Assembly (NCBI GenBank): GCA_963817895.1
Contig: CAWFQB010000003.1
Location: forward strand, 32,001 to 96,000
Reading direction: 5' to 3'
Source of the DNA: an uncultured Chthonomonadaceae bacterium
GTDB lineage: Bacteria > Armatimonadota > Chthonomonadetes > Chthonomonadales > Chthonomonadaceae
Length of the DNA stretch: 64,000 bases
A program made the translations under genes and the position numbers. The notes beneath the pieces were generated by a model. It was not told the origin of the DNA. It saw only the letters and a list, made by a program, of their open reading frames with translations, and made no database searches. Each line of letters starts with the position of its first letter. Within the stretch, counting starts at the first letter, position 1. Shown here in pieces: positions 32,359 through 42,942 of the stretch.

Positions 32359-33780
32359 TCAGCGGGCGGGACGGGGAAAGGCGACGATACTGCGGTTGCC
32401 TTCTTTATCCAAGGCGCGGACGCCGAACAAAACGTTGTCTTTGGACAGGCCGGGGAAGGTGTACGTGGTGACGTTGCCGACGCGAACAGAATGTGTCCAC
32501 AGGGGGGCGGAGGTGTCACGCCAGACCACTTCGTAACCGGCGACATTCGGTTCCGTATTGGCCTGCCATTGCAGCGTGGTATCATTTGTGAGTTGGCGGG
32601 TTTGCAGCGCGACGTTACGGGGCGCATCCGGGGCGAGGGCAAGCGTGGCAAGTGTGGCGGCATTCACCCGCGCCACCTGCGCAATGTACGCGAAATCCAC
32701 AAATTGCGGCAGGTCGCCGTACTGAATGCCGTTTTCAACCCGCACGTTCTGGTGCTGATGATGGTAATTCTCGCTCGGTTCCGTAAAGCGAACGGCGGGA
32801 TAGCCCCGTTCCAGAAACGGAATGTGGTCGCCCCCGCGCAAATAGCGGTCACGCCGATAAATTAAATTCACCTTGAACCCGCGAACGTACTTTTCCCCAA
32901 TTTCTTTGATGCTTCGCGCCAGTTGTCGTGAAGGGGCGTCGTTTTCACCGCCAATGCTGCGCCGCAATGTCGCCTCCGCTACGGATTCGTTGGACGGCAC
33001 ACCCTCGGAAAATACCCGCACGGAACGGTTGTCGCGGCTGCCGTCCTGCCCCGTCGAACTTCCGATGATGTCGTTTGTGAGCATGGCTTCCAGATGCAGG
33101 TTTTTCAGCTTCGCCTGCTCCGCAAAGTATGTGGAACCGAGCAAGCCCTGCTCCTCGCCCGCCACCGCCATAAAGACAATCGTCGCGTTGAACCGATGCC
33201 GCGCCATCACCCGCGCCATTTCCAGCACGGCTGCCACGCCGCTGGCATCGTCATTGGCTCCCGGCGCGTCGTCAATCGCGTTGGTCGGGCTGGTACACAT
33301 CGAATCGTAATGCCCGCTTACGACAAGATAGCGGTCGGTGGATTCGGGCTGCGTGCCGCGCAGGGTGGCGACAACGTTGGTCAGCATGGTGGGTTGGGGA
33401 ACGCGGACGGCAACCGGCTGCTCATACGCCTGCAATTCAACCGTCATGCGCCCGTCCGATGTTGCCGCGATTTTGCGGAACTCCCCGGCAATCCAGTCCC
33501 GCGCCGCGCCGATTCCGCGTTTGGGATCGGTTTGCGTGGAAAGGGTGTTACGAGTTCCAAAGCCGACAAGGGCGCGGATTGTCCGCTCGATGTTCTGCGC
33601 GTCAATCTCTCGCGTCATCCGCGCAATGTCGGACGGGGTAGCCGTTACCTGTGTAGCTTTCGCCGCGCCGCCCGACTGCGCCCGCATCGCGCCCCCACCC
33701 ATCATCAGCAATCCCAACAGCGCGAAGCCGCCCGCAAACACGCCATACCTTTTTCCCTGCTTGAAACCGAAGTTGAACAC
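32359..33780 (-). CDS. M28 family aminopeptidase with C-terminal FN3-like domain
   Basis: FGTRNTLS, VSGHYDS, PGANDDASG, GEEQGLLGS, NDIIG, RGGDHIPF, HQHQ. GTG start 33780 inferred. Confidence 0.9.
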   Translation of the reverse strand: MFNFGFKQGKRYGVFAGGFALLGLLMMGGGAMRAQSGGAAKATQVTATPSDIARMTREIDAQNIERTIRALVGFGTRNTLSTQTDPKRGIGAARDWIAGEFRKIAATSDGRMTVELQAYEQPVAVRVPQPTMLTNVVATLRGTQPESTDRYLVVSGHYDSMCTSPTNAIDDAPGANDDASGVAAVLEMARVMARHRFNATIVFMAVAGEEQGLLGSTYFAEQAKLKNLHLEAMLTNDIIGSSTGQDGSRDNRSVRVFSEGVPSNESVAEATLRRSIGGENDAPSRQLARSIKEIGEKYVRGFKVNLIYRRDRYLRGGDHIPFLERGYPAVRFTEPSENYHHQHQNVRVENGIQYGDLPQFVDFAYIAQVARVNAATLATLALAPDAPRNVALQTRQLTNDTTLQWQANTEPNVAGYEVVWRDTSAPLWTHSVRVGNVTTYTFPGLSKDNVLFGVRALDKEGNRSIVAFPRPAR

Positions 33781-33826
33781 GCCGCTGCCTTTCTCAAAAC
33801 GAAACTTGCTCAGTGAAACTTGCCGA

Positions 33827-34096
33827 TTAAGAGCCTGCTGCCGTTGTCGCCAGTTCCTTTGTGGCAAAATAACCCCGTTCGCGCATAATTTCGAGCAATT
33901 CTTGCGCATTGCTGGGATGACGTCCACTCAGTATCTGCTCATCATAAAGTTCTTGCTCTGCCGAAGGCAAACCCTCGCGGTATTGAATGGCATGAACAAT
34001 AGCCTCATCAACAGAAACCACCCCTCGCCACGGTCGAGCGCGAAACATCTCTTCCATTTTGGAAATTATCAATTCCTCGTTGTTCACAGCATCCAC
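33827..34096 (-). CDS. Small hypothetical protein (89 aa)
   Basis: Start overlaps the 3' end of the upstream zincin-like gene; no recognised motif. Confidence 0.55.
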   Translation of the reverse strand: MDAVNNEELIISKMEEMFRARPWRGVVSVDEAIVHAIQYREGLPSAEQELYDEQILSGRHPSNAQELLEIMRERGYFATKELATTAAGS

Positions 34097-34713
34097 CCCA
34101 AATTTCTAAAGGCTATTTCGATTGCTGAAGCTACGTTGCCAAAATCGTTGTGTTCCCACTGAACATTGCGGAATACGGCTGGCCCATCCAGATTGCGGGC
34201 CGCTTCTATCTCTTCCAACAGCAGGGCGTCACCTGCTCGTATCGCAATGAACTGCGCGTAAGATCGCGCCCATTGTTCCTGCGGTTCAAGCCAGTACAAT
34301 ATCTGATACCGATGCGTTATCAGCAGGTTTGATGAAGAATGTATCGCCGCGCGCAAATCTGTTACCGCTTGCGTGTTGTTCACTGCCTCCATTACTTCAG
34401 CAAGCGGCGAGTAGGTTAAACTGCTGCTGTAGTCCTCAAAGTTTCCAAGCAGATGATCCAGATAATGACCGATTTCATGTGTTACCGTCAACTCAAAATA
34501 CGGGCTAAAACGCGACAACTCAAAATGGCGCGGCTCGTCCTCACGTTCAGGCGCGTAACCGCCAAAACGAGGCCCTTCTGTGATGACAAGCGGCGTGACA
34601 GGCATGTTGGAAACGGCATGAACACTGGCAATTCTATCCAATGCCCGAAATACAACGTCCTGCAAAGGGTCGCGTGGAACCCGTATTCGGCTGCGGAGGG
34701 AGGTAATGTTCAT
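34084..34713 (-). CDS. Zincin-like metallopeptidase-domain protein (HExxH)
   Basis: 'TVTHEIGHYLDH' plus 'YWLEPQEQWARSYAQFI'; ATGA-coupled to kptA. Confidence 0.65.
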   Translation of the reverse strand: MNITSLRSRIRVPRDPLQDVVFRALDRIASVHAVSNMPVTPLVITEGPRFGGYAPEREDEPRHFELSRFSPYFELTVTHEIGHYLDHLLGNFEDYSSSLTYSPLAEVMEAVNNTQAVTDLRAAIHSSSNLLITHRYQILYWLEPQEQWARSYAQFIAIRAGDALLLEEIEAARNLDGPAVFRNVQWEHNDFGNVASAIEIAFRNLGWML

Positions 34714-35274
34714 GCGCGATTCGTGCCGATAAACTCAGGCGGAATAGTGGTGGATAGGTACAGACGCGGTTCGGGATTGTAGAATTTCACGCCCGCCTGC
34801 TGCGCGTCCTGCGCCCGAATAGTTAAAATAGTGGGCTGTGGAGTTCGCCTGCGTCCGACAATAACGGCCTGATCTACGGTTGAGGACAGGTGTACGTACT
34901 GCCGCTGCATGGACTGCAAGCCGGTTTCTAAGATCGCCTGCGCCGCCTGCGCGGTTGTGCCGTGATATAAAATGGCGGGCGGGTCGGCTTCGGGGTACGT
35001 GACGGCTTCGGCAACCGAATGGCCGTAACGCGCCCGTATCTGCCCCTCCACAATCTCATACCGCTGCTTGTCCGAGGCCTTGCACGACTTCGCGGATATG
35101 CTCTTCGCGTATCCAGTGCCAGTTGCGCTGCCTGTTCACCGCCGCCACAAACGTATCCAGCGGCACAAACCCCTCGTCGCCCAATGTCAGCCCGATTTTT
35201 TGCGGCTCATGGCGCAGCACGAGGGACATAAACTTGCTCAACTGCCGCTGCTGTTCGGAAGAAAGAAGACTCAT
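34710..35274 (-). CDS. kptA: RNA 2'-phosphotransferase Tpt1/KptA (frameshift near 35080)
   Basis: LSKFMSLVLRHEP, (S)DKQRYE, IRARYGHS, LYHGT, RQYVHLS. Confidence 0.92.
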
Positions 35275-35287
35275 GATAACACTCCGA

Positions 35288-35396
35288 GTTGTTAGGTTGT
35301 TAGGTTGTTAGGTTTTTGCTGTAAAGGGTTCAGTACATATCCTTCGTTTTGAAAAGCGGTCTACCTAACAACTAACAACCTAACAACCTAATAACC
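35288..35396. repeat. Inverted arrays of the 8-mer GGTTGTTA / TAACAACC
   Basis: About three tandem units at 35288-35312 and about four reverse units at 35364-35396; same unit at ~20232-20265. Confidence 0.75.
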
Positions 35397-36049
35397 TACT
35401 CCTTCCATCCCTGTTCGCCAATCAGCGGCACGAACTGGCACTCTTCCAGCGTTTGCGTCGTGATTTGCCCCTGCGCGTCTTTAACGATTACGGTCAATCG
35501 CTGTACTTCGGCGGTTCCAAGCGGCAGCGTCAGTCGGCCATTCAGGGCAAGCTGCGCCACCAGCGCGTCGGGAACCTGCGGCGCACCTGCGGCAATGGCA
35601 ATGACGTTGTAGGGCGCGTTGGCCTCATAACCTTGCGATCCGTCCCCGACAACGACTGTCACGTTCGCGTACCCTGCATTTGCCAGCGTTTGGCGGGCGC
35701 TTGCCGCGAGATCGGCGTGACGCTCAATGCTGATAACCTGCGCCGCCAGTTCTGAGAGAACCGCCGCCTGATAGCCTGAACCTGTACCCACATCCAGAAC
35801 ACGCTCATCGCCCCGCAATTTCAATTCCTCCACAATCCGCGCCACCATGTACGGCTGCGAAATCGTCTGCCCGTTCCCAATCGGCAGAGCGCGATCCTCA
35901 TACGCCCGTTCCGCCAATTCAGATGGCACAAACAAATGGCGCGGGACACGGCGCATGGCGGCCAGAACGCGCGCATCCGCAATCCCGCGCCCCTGCAACT
36001 GCTCCCTCACCATGCGCTCCCGCGCCTCACTGTATGCCTGCTCGTTCAT
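35396..36049 (-). CDS. pcm: Protein-L-isoaspartate O-methyltransferase
   Basis: VPRHLFVP, GQTISQPYMVA, VLDVGTGSGYQAAVL, GDGSQG, CQFVPLIG. Confidence 0.95.
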   Translation of the reverse strand: MNEQAYSEARERMVREQLQGRGIADARVLAAMRRVPRHLFVPSELAERAYEDRALPIGNGQTISQPYMVARIVEELKLRGDERVLDVGTGSGYQAAVLSELAAQVISIERHADLAASARQTLANAGYANVTVVVGDGSQGYEANAPYNVIAIAAGAPQVPDALVAQLALNGRLTLPLGTAEVQRLTVIVKDAQGQITTQTLEECQFVPLIGEQGWKE

Positions 36050-36053
36050 ATTA

Positions 36054-36194
36054 TTTCACCACCAAGACACAAAGAACACCAAGAGGCAGAAAAGGAGAAA
36101 AGGAGAAGAGGAGAAATAAACGGCTTTGCTGCCTTTGCCTCTTTGCAGTTCCTTTTGTTTTTTCCTGGTGTTCCTGGCGTCCTGGTGGTGAAAA
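36054..36194. repeat. MITE-like element with 9-nt periodic arms and an internal AGGAGAAA array
   Basis: TTTCACCACCAAGACACAAAGAACACCAAG ... CCTGGTGTTCCTGGCGTCCTGGTGGTGAAA imperfect inverted arms. Confidence 0.7.
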
Positions 36195-36204
36195 CTCCTC
36201 ATAT

Positions 36205-37764
36205 CTACTTTTGCGCGGTTTCGGGGCGCATGAGCGGGAAGAGAATCACGTCGCGGATGCTTTCGGCTCCGGTAAGGACGAGGGCGAGGCGGTCAATGCC
36301 GATGCCCAACCCGCCCGTCGGCGGCATGCCGTATTCCATCGCCCGCAGGAAGTCCTCGTCCATCGGGTGCGCTTCGTCGTTGCCCGCTTCGCGCTGTGAC
36401 ACCTGCCCCTCGAACCGTTCGCGCTGATCTATGGGGTCATTGATCTCGCTGAAAGCGTTGCCCAACTCCTGCGTCGCCATGTATATCTCGAAACGGCGCG
36501 TCAGGGCGGGATTGTCCGGGCGCTTTTTGGCGAGCGGCGAGGTTTCCGTCGGGAAGTCCGTGATGAACGTCGGCTGGATCAGAGTGGGCTGCGTGTAGAC
36601 TTCGTGCAGTTTTTCAATCAGCCCGCCGAGCGTCTCTTCTTTATCCAGCTCGAACGGCGCTTTCATGCGGCGACACGCGGCTTTGGCCGTTTCCAGATCG
36701 GTCATTTCCTCCGGCTCAATGCCCGCGTACTGCGCAATGCCTTCCAGCATCGGCAGACGCCGGAACGGGCGCGCGATTTCTACGGTCTGTTCGCCATACT
36801 GGAAGGATGGCTTGCCGTTGATCGCCGTGCAGATGGTTTCGTACATCGCCTCGACCAGTTCCATGATGTCTTCCAGATTGGCATACGCCTGATATAGTTC
36901 CATCAGGGTGAATTCCGGGTTGTGCCGGGTGGACATGCCCTCGTTGCGAAACACGCGCCCGATCTCGAATACCTTCTCATAGCCGCCGATAATCAGCCGC
37001 TTCAGGTACAGTTCGAGGGAAATGCGCAGTTTAAAGTCGTGGTCGAGGGCATTATGGTGCGTCATAAAAGGACGGGCCGCCGCGCCGCCCGCCACCAGTT
37101 GCAGCACAGGCGTTTCCACTTCCAGAAACCCCTGATCCTCCAGAAACCGCCGCATGGTGGAAACCACTTTGCTGCGCCGGGTCAGCACATCGCGGGAATC
37201 GGGATTGGCAAGCAGGTCCAGATAGCGATAGCGATACCGCTCTTCTTTGTCGGCGAGCGCGTTATATGTGTTGCCCTCGTCGTCCTGTTTGCCCAACGGC
37301 GCGGGGCGCAGGGCTTTGGCTAGCAGCGTAAACTCCGTGACGTGAATACTGGGTTCGCCCGTGCGCGTGTGGAACGGAAAGCCCCGAACGCCGATGATGT
37401 CGCCCAAATCCAGATCTTTGAACTGCGCAAACGCCGCTTCGCCCAGATCGTTGATACGCGCATACACTTGAACGCGCCCGCTCTCATCCCGAATATCGGC
37501 GAAAATAGCCTTGCCCGCGCCCCGGTGCGCCGTGATACGCCCGGCTGCGGTAAAACTCAGCGCTTTCTGCTCCTCTTCCGGCAATTGCCAGTGCGGCGCG
37601 TCCGGCGCGACAATCTGAGCGGCATGATGCGTGCGCTCGTAGCGCTCCTGCGCGAACGGGTCCTGTCCCTGCGCCCGCAGGTCATTTAATTTACGCAGGC
37701 GCTGCGCCACCAGTTCATCTTCGGGCTGATGATGCGCGGGCAAAGCCTCTACCGGGTCCTGCAT
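36205..37764 (-). CDS. lysS: Lysine--tRNA ligase (class II)
   Basis: RYRYRYLDL, FLEVETP, GGAAARPF, FRNEG, HNPEFT, YGMPPTGGLGIGIDRL. Confidence 0.98.
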   Translation of the reverse strand: MQDPVEALPAHHQPEDELVAQRLRKLNDLRAQGQDPFAQERYERTHHAAQIVAPDAPHWQLPEEEQKALSFTAAGRITAHRGAGKAIFADIRDESGRVQVYARINDLGEAAFAQFKDLDLGDIIGVRGFPFHTRTGEPSIHVTEFTLLAKALRPAPLGKQDDEGNTYNALADKEERYRYRYLDLLANPDSRDVLTRRSKVVSTMRRFLEDQGFLEVETPVLQLVAGGAAARPFMTHHNALDHDFKLRISLELYLKRLIIGGYEKVFEIGRVFRNEGMSTRHNPEFTLMELYQAYANLEDIMELVEAMYETICTAINGKPSFQYGEQTVEIARPFRRLPMLEGIAQYAGIEPEEMTDLETAKAACRRMKAPFELDKEETLGGLIEKLHEVYTQPTLIQPTFITDFPTETSPLAKKRPDNPALTRRFEIYMATQELGNAFSEINDPIDQRERFEGQVSQREAGNDEAHPMDEDFLRAMEYGMPPTGGLGIGIDRLALVLTGAESIRDVILFPLMRPETAQK

Positions 37765-37773
37765 CCCTCTCTC

Positions 37774-38253
37774 CTACTTTCGTATACTGTCAATGCGATA
37801 CTGAAGCGCGCCGTTGGGGACGTGAATAATGACAGTTTGGCTGACCGCTTTGCCCATGATGGCTTCGCCAATGGGCGACTCGTCGGAAATCAGGTCATTG
37901 TCGGGGTCGGCTTCAGCCGAGCCGACGATGGTGAATTCCCACTCATCATCGTTTTCCAGATTGGTCATTTTCACGATGGAGCCGATGCCGACAAAGTCGG
38001 TGGGAATATCCGCGTTTTCCAGCACACGCGCCACTTGAAGCACGCGCCGGATGTCGAGAATCTGGCTTTCCACCAGCGCCTGCTCCTGCTTGGCGTCTTC
38101 GTACTCGGCGTTTTCCGTCAGGTCGCCGAATTGTTTGCTGTCGCGCAGGCGCGCGGACACCTGGGGCCGCAGAACATTACGCAAGTAGTCCAGCCGCTGC
38201 TCCAGCTTCGCGTGTCCGCGCGGTGTCAACACAATATCTGCATCCTGGGACAT
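37774..38253 (-). CDS. greA: Transcription elongation factor GreA
   Basis: GDLTENAEYEDAK, EADP, ISDESPIG; typical greA-lysS order. Confidence 0.95.
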   Translation of the reverse strand: MSQDADIVLTPRGHAKLEQRLDYLRNVLRPQVSARLRDSKQFGDLTENAEYEDAKQEQALVESQILDIRRVLQVARVLENADIPTDFVGIGSIVKMTNLENDDEWEFTIVGSAEADPDNDLISDESPIGEAIMGKAVSQTVIIHVPNGALQYRIDSIRK

Positions 38254-38533
38254 TCCCTCACATCTCCTTGACAACATTGTGAACGCGGTTGTCGCACTCT
38301 CCGAACGCCATTTCAGGGTAATTTCTAACACAAGTACGAATGTTGCAGGCCTGTTTGCGCCCGATTTTGCAGGATTATCGGCGAAATTGTTAATAGGAAT
38401 TAAACAAAAACGCGAAGGCTGTTCCAGTCTTCGCGCCTGCATACACATTCTGAAAGCGAATTTCGTGCCGCTGAGTATACCGCGTCCCTACACGTAAAGT
38501 CAATTGCCGCAACGCGCTTTTACGCGAACCGCC

Positions 38534-38592
38534 TTGACACTCCCGCGACGCGGCTAGTATAATGAATACTCTACTATGTTGACCAATTAGAT
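38534..38592 (+). promoter_or_regulatory. Sigma-70 promoter of the reductase gene with Rrf2-type operator copy 1
   Basis: TTGACA (38534-38539), 18 nt, TATAAT (38558-38563), then AATACTCTACTATGTTGACCAATTAGAT (38565-38592). Confidence 0.75.
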
Positions 38593-38641
38593 AACCATTT
38601 GCAGGGCCATGCGGATACAGAAGTATATAAGGAGTTTTTCG

Positions 38642-40286
38642 ATGTCGAAAGCCGATGTTGAGGCGATTAAAAAGGCAAAAGACGGTTTGGACGTGTGGGA
38701 CGATGTGCTGCGCTACGCCCAGACCGGTTTTGATACTATAGCCCCCGACGATTTCCCCCGTATGCGCTGGTACGGCATTTATCAGCAGCAGCCGAACGAG
38801 GGCCACTTTATGCTGCGGGTGAAAATTCCCAGCGGCGACCTGAGCGCCAATCAGATGCGGGCGGTTGCGGAAGTGGCGCGAGAGTATGGTGGCGACATCT
38901 CCGATATCACCACGCGCCAGAATTTTCAGTTTCACTGGCTGACCATTCACACCCTGCCGCTTGCCATCGAGAAGCTGCGATCGGCGGGCCTGACCACGAC
39001 GGGAGCCTGCGGCGACATTACCCGCAACGTGTGCGGCTGTCCCGTCGCGGGCGTAGACCCCCACGAACTGATATGACACGCGCCAGATCGTGCAGGACGT
39101 GACCAATTTTTTCCTGGACAACAAAGATTTCTCCGATCTGCCGCGCAAGTATAAAATCTCCATTTCCGGCTGCCCCATCCACTGCAATCAGCCGGAAATC
39201 AACGATCTGGGCATACAGGCCGTGACGCGGGTTCGGGACGGCAAAGAAGAGATCGGCTTCCACGTTCGCGTGGGCGGCGGACTGAGTACGCAGCCGTATT
39301 TCGCGCAGCAGTTGGACATTTATGTGAAGCCGGAACAGGTACTGGATGTGTGCCGGGGCGTGACCGAGATTTTCCGCGATGACGGCTACCGCAAGCGCCG
39401 CAACCACACGCGCTTGAAGTTCCTTGTGGCGGATTGGGGCGCGGAGAAGTTCCGCGAGGCGTTGATTCAGCGTTTGGGCTGGACGCCGGAAGCCGCCGAA
39501 CCCTACGCCGAGCCGGTCGGAACCGTGCAGCAGGACCATCTAGGCATCCATCCGCAAAAGCAGGCGGGCAAATTCTGGATCGGCGTCTCCGTAATTACGG
39601 GGCGGCTGACAACCGCGCAGATGTTCGCGGCGGCTGATATTGCGGATAAATACTGCGAGGGCAACCTGCGCACGACCAACCAGCAGAACTACCTTTTCCC
39701 GCACATTGACGCGGGCCAACTGGAAGCCGCCAAACAGGATTTGCGGAACGCGGGCTTTACGTGGGACGTGTCGGAGTTCCACAAGGGCGCGGTGTCGTGT
39801 ACGGGCAACGAGTTCTGCAATCTGGCGATTACCGAAACTAAGGCCCGCCTGCGCGAGATCGTGGCGCATCTGGAATCGCAACTGCTGTGGGACGAGCCCA
39901 TTCGTATTCACTTGAACGGCTGTCCTAATAGCTGCGGCCAGCATCACATCGGGGATGTAGGCTTGCAGGGCTGCCTTGCCCGCTTGAATGACGGGACGCA
40001 GGTGGAAGCGTATGACGTGTGTTTGGGCGGGCGGTTGGGCGCGGACGCAAAGTTTGTGCGCCCCATTTCGCGCAAAGTGCCTGCCGACAAGGTGAAGTAC
40101 GCGCTGGAAAACCTGCTGCGCGCGTTCAAGGCCAATCGCAAACCGGAAGAAAACTTCGGCCAGTGGGTAGACCGCCATTTGAATGAAGAGTTGGGCGAGT
40201 TCCTCGGCCTGCACCTGCTCGCCAACGACGACCCTACCTGGACGCCCCCGCCCCCGCGTTCTCACGCACCCGTCGGCGTCGAGTAA
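38642..40286 (+). CDS. Ferredoxin-dependent siroheme sulfite/nitrite reductase (frameshift ~39070); context favours sulfite
   Basis: RWYGIYQQ, FMLRVKIPSG, TTRQNFQ, CGDITRN, LPRKYKISISGC, CTGNEFC and GCPNSCG cluster ligands. Confidence 0.92.
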
Positions 40287-40425
40287 CTTAAACATGTGTT
40301 AGTTTTCATTCTAAACGTGTGCCTTGTTCTGAAAAATCCCGTTGTTTACGCCTGTGGGCAGGCATAGACAACGGGATTTTTGCATCACGGCGCAGGATTG
40401 AAGGACTGTTTTTAGCAGGATGGTT

Positions 40426-41196
40426 TTACTGGATGGTGGGGTTGCGCCGCCAGAAGTTGTTGATGTGCGTTTTGTAAGTCTGCTCCGGCTTGTACCATTT
40501 GGCGTGGCCGTCCGCAAAGCCCACGTTACCGCCGCCCGTGTGTCGCGGGATGAAGCGTGACTGCGTGGTTTCGTCGAATTCCCACGGCTGCGGATACAGG
40601 CCGCCGCGCGACGGGCTGGTATCCGATGTGCGCCCCGCATCGGCAACCACAATGAACTGCGCGGCATAGGTAATCGCGGCGAGCGGCGTTGAGGCATTAA
40701 ATCCAAAGTCCGCCAGTTTGTTCGGGTCCTGGTAATCGGCGCGGTGCGGCGCGTTGCCGGACGGGTCAATGTTGGCTTCGTTCAAATGGCAGCCGTAATC
40801 GGTGGGATACCAGTTGCCCGGTCCAACCACAGGCCAGGGGTACGCGGACGGGCATTTGAAAATCTGCTGATTTTTGGTGTAGGGCTGAATCACCATGCGG
40901 TAACTGTAAGGGGCGCGGGCATCCGCCGTGTCGGGAACGCTCGACGGGGCCTGCCGCTCCGTGACCGTCGGCATAAATCCCTCATCGTAATCCTGCAAAT
41001 ACATGGCAAAGGCCGTGCCGATCTGCTTTACGTTGGAAAGGCAGGCCGTACCCCGCGCTTTCTCCCGCGCCTGCGCGAAAACGGGGAATAGAATAGCCGC
41101 GAGGATCGCGATAATGGCGATGACGACGAGCAGTTCAATCAGGGTGAAGCCCCGAATTGGTGTTCGGCGTTCGGTGTTCAGTCTTAAACGATGCAT
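40426..41196 (-). CDS. DUF1559 / prepilin-type N-terminal cleavage-methylation protein with H-X9-DG C-terminus
   Basis: [57 protein letters not shown]. Confidence 0.92.
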   Translation of the reverse strand: MHRLRLNTERRTPIRGFTLIELLVVIAIIAILAAILFPVFAQAREKARGTACLSNVKQIGTAFAMYLQDYDEGFMPTVTERQAPSSVPDTADARAPYSYRMVIQPYTKNQQIFKCPSAYPWPVVGPGNWYPTDYGCHLNEANIDPSGNAPHRADYQDPNKLADFGFNASTPLAAITYAAQFIVVADAGRTSDTSPSRGGLYPQPWEFDETTQSRFIPRHTGGGNVGFADGHAKWYKPEQTYKTHINNFWRRNPTIQ

Positions 41197-41242
41197 TGGT
41201 TTTCTCCTCTGTGAGTAGTGAGTAATCTGAAATTCAATACTG

Positions 41243-41270
41243 ACTTAGTCTATTGATTTAGTCGAGTATT
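41243..41270 (-). promoter_or_regulatory. Rrf2-type operator copy 2 upstream of the DUF1559 gene
   Basis: Minus strand AATACTCGACTAAATCAATAGACTAAGT; 24/28 identical to copy 3. Confidence 0.7.
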
Positions 41271-41407
41271 ATTGGTTAAAAACGCGCCCCTCCATGATTG
41301 CCAATTGCCTCATGGTAGAGCGTACTACAAACTTGCTTGCGCTGATGTCCACATGGCGTAACTGAATGGCCGCATACCTGAATACCTGAACACCTGAACA
41401 CCGACGT

Positions 41408-42163
41408 TTACGCCAGTCCCCAGCGTTCGCGGACGCGGTTTTCCAGTTCCATGAAAATGGTGCGGTCTACCAAAAGGCCGAGCGCGACAATGACCAGCAT
41501 CACGGCGATGACGCGGCTCATGTCCGCCAGGTCGCGCCCCGCCTGCAACTGCTGTCCCAATCCCAGGCCGACCACGAGCAGTTCCCCGGACATCAGCGCG
41601 CGCCAGGCGAACGACCAGCCCAGTTTCGCGCCCGTCATAATCGCGGGCAGGCTTGCGGGCAGCAGAACACTCGCATACAGCGCAAGCGGGCGGGTTCCCA
41701 TCGTGCGCGCGGCCCGCTCGTACATGGGAGGCACGTTCTTCACGCCATCCTGCACGGCCACCGTGACCGCCAGCAATGCGCCGGTCACGACCACAAATAG
41801 TATCGCCCGGTCATTCAGGCCGAACCACAGCAGCGCGAGCGGCAGCCAGCAGATGGAAGGCAGGGTTTGCAGTCCAAGCACGAGCGCGCCAATCGTATCC
41901 TGCGCCCATTTCGCCCGCGCCAGCAACATGCCGAGCGGAACGCCCACCAGCAGGGAAACGAAATACCCCAACAACACGCGCTGCAAACTGACGTGAATGG
42001 CGATCCACAGCGAACCGTCGCGATTCATCTGCCATAGCGTATGGGCCACCTGCCAGGGCGAGGGAAACAGCGTCGCGTCCCATATATGCAGTTTAGATAT
42101 TGTCGCCCAACACGCCGTCAACAGGACGAAGAACGCCGCTCTGCGCAGGATGCCAATCCTCAT
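41408..42163 (-). CDS. ssuC: Sulfonate/nitrate/taurine-family ABC permease (SsuC-like)
   Basis: FPSPWQV, LQTLPSICWLPLALLWFG, AARTMG, LPASLP, FAWRALMSGE. Confidence 0.85.
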   Translation of the reverse strand: MRIGILRRAAFFVLLTACWATISKLHIWDATLFPSPWQVAHTLWQMNRDGSLWIAIHVSLQRVLLGYFVSLLVGVPLGMLLARAKWAQDTIGALVLGLQTLPSICWLPLALLWFGLNDRAILFVVVTGALLAVTVAVQDGVKNVPPMYERAARTMGTRPLALYASVLLPASLPAIMTGAKLGWSFAWRALMSGELLVVGLGLGQQLQAGRDLADMSRVIAVMLVIVALGLLVDRTIFMELENRVRERWGLA

Positions 42164-42936
42164 CGTACTCCTCCCGCCGCGCTTTCTCCATGCCGGCTTT
42201 GAGCGCGTTGGAAATGTTACGCGATACCCCGATGACATCCACATCATCAATAAAGCGGGGACGCGCAGATCTGAATATTAAATACCTGCTGTATGCGTCC
42301 GGGCCGCGAGGACATTAAAGCCACGCGGTCGCCCAGGCACACGGCTTCGCGCACGTTATGGGTGACGAACACGATGGTTTTGCGCGTCCGCTCCCAGATC
42401 TCTTGCAGCACGATATACAAATCTTCCCGCGTCTGCGCGTCCAATGCGGAGAACGGCTCATCCATTAACAGCACTTCCGGGTCGAAGGCAAGGGCGCGGG
42501 CAATCGCCACCCGTTGCCGCATCCCGCCCGAAAGTTCGTGTAGATAGCTGTCTCGAAAACGCGACAGATGTACCAGATGCAGAAAATATGCTGCGCGTTC
42601 CGCCCGCTCTTTAGGAGCCATTCCCATCTGTTTCAGGCCGAACTCCACATTTTTTTGCGCCGACAGCCAGGGGAACAGGCCATGCTCCTGAAACACCACG
42701 CCTCTATCCCGCCCCGGTCCGGTCACGCGCAGGCCATTCGCCAGCACGTCGCCGCTGTCTGCCGGGTCCAGCCCCGCCACAATGTTGAGCAGCGTGGACT
42801 TGCCGCACCCGGACGGCCCGATCAGCACGAGGAACTCGCCCTCCTGAACGTCCAGATTGATGTCGTCCAACGCCAGCACATCATTGCCACGTCCCGCAAA
42901 CCGCTTGCGCACCTGTTGTATGGACAATTTCGCCAT
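42093..42936 (-). CDS. ssuB: Sulfonate/nitrate/taurine-family ABC ATPase (SsuB-like; frameshift ~42270)
   Basis: GPSGCGKST, VFQEHGLFPW, LSGGMRQR, DEPFSALD, FVTHNVREA; the shifted frame continues ARPRFIDD... to TAA at 42093. Confidence 0.85.
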
Positions 42937-42942
42937 AGAAAA

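Noticed and set aside
35288..35396. CRISPR array
   Set aside because: The units are 8-nt tandem repeats without unique spacers, and there are no cas genes in the window.
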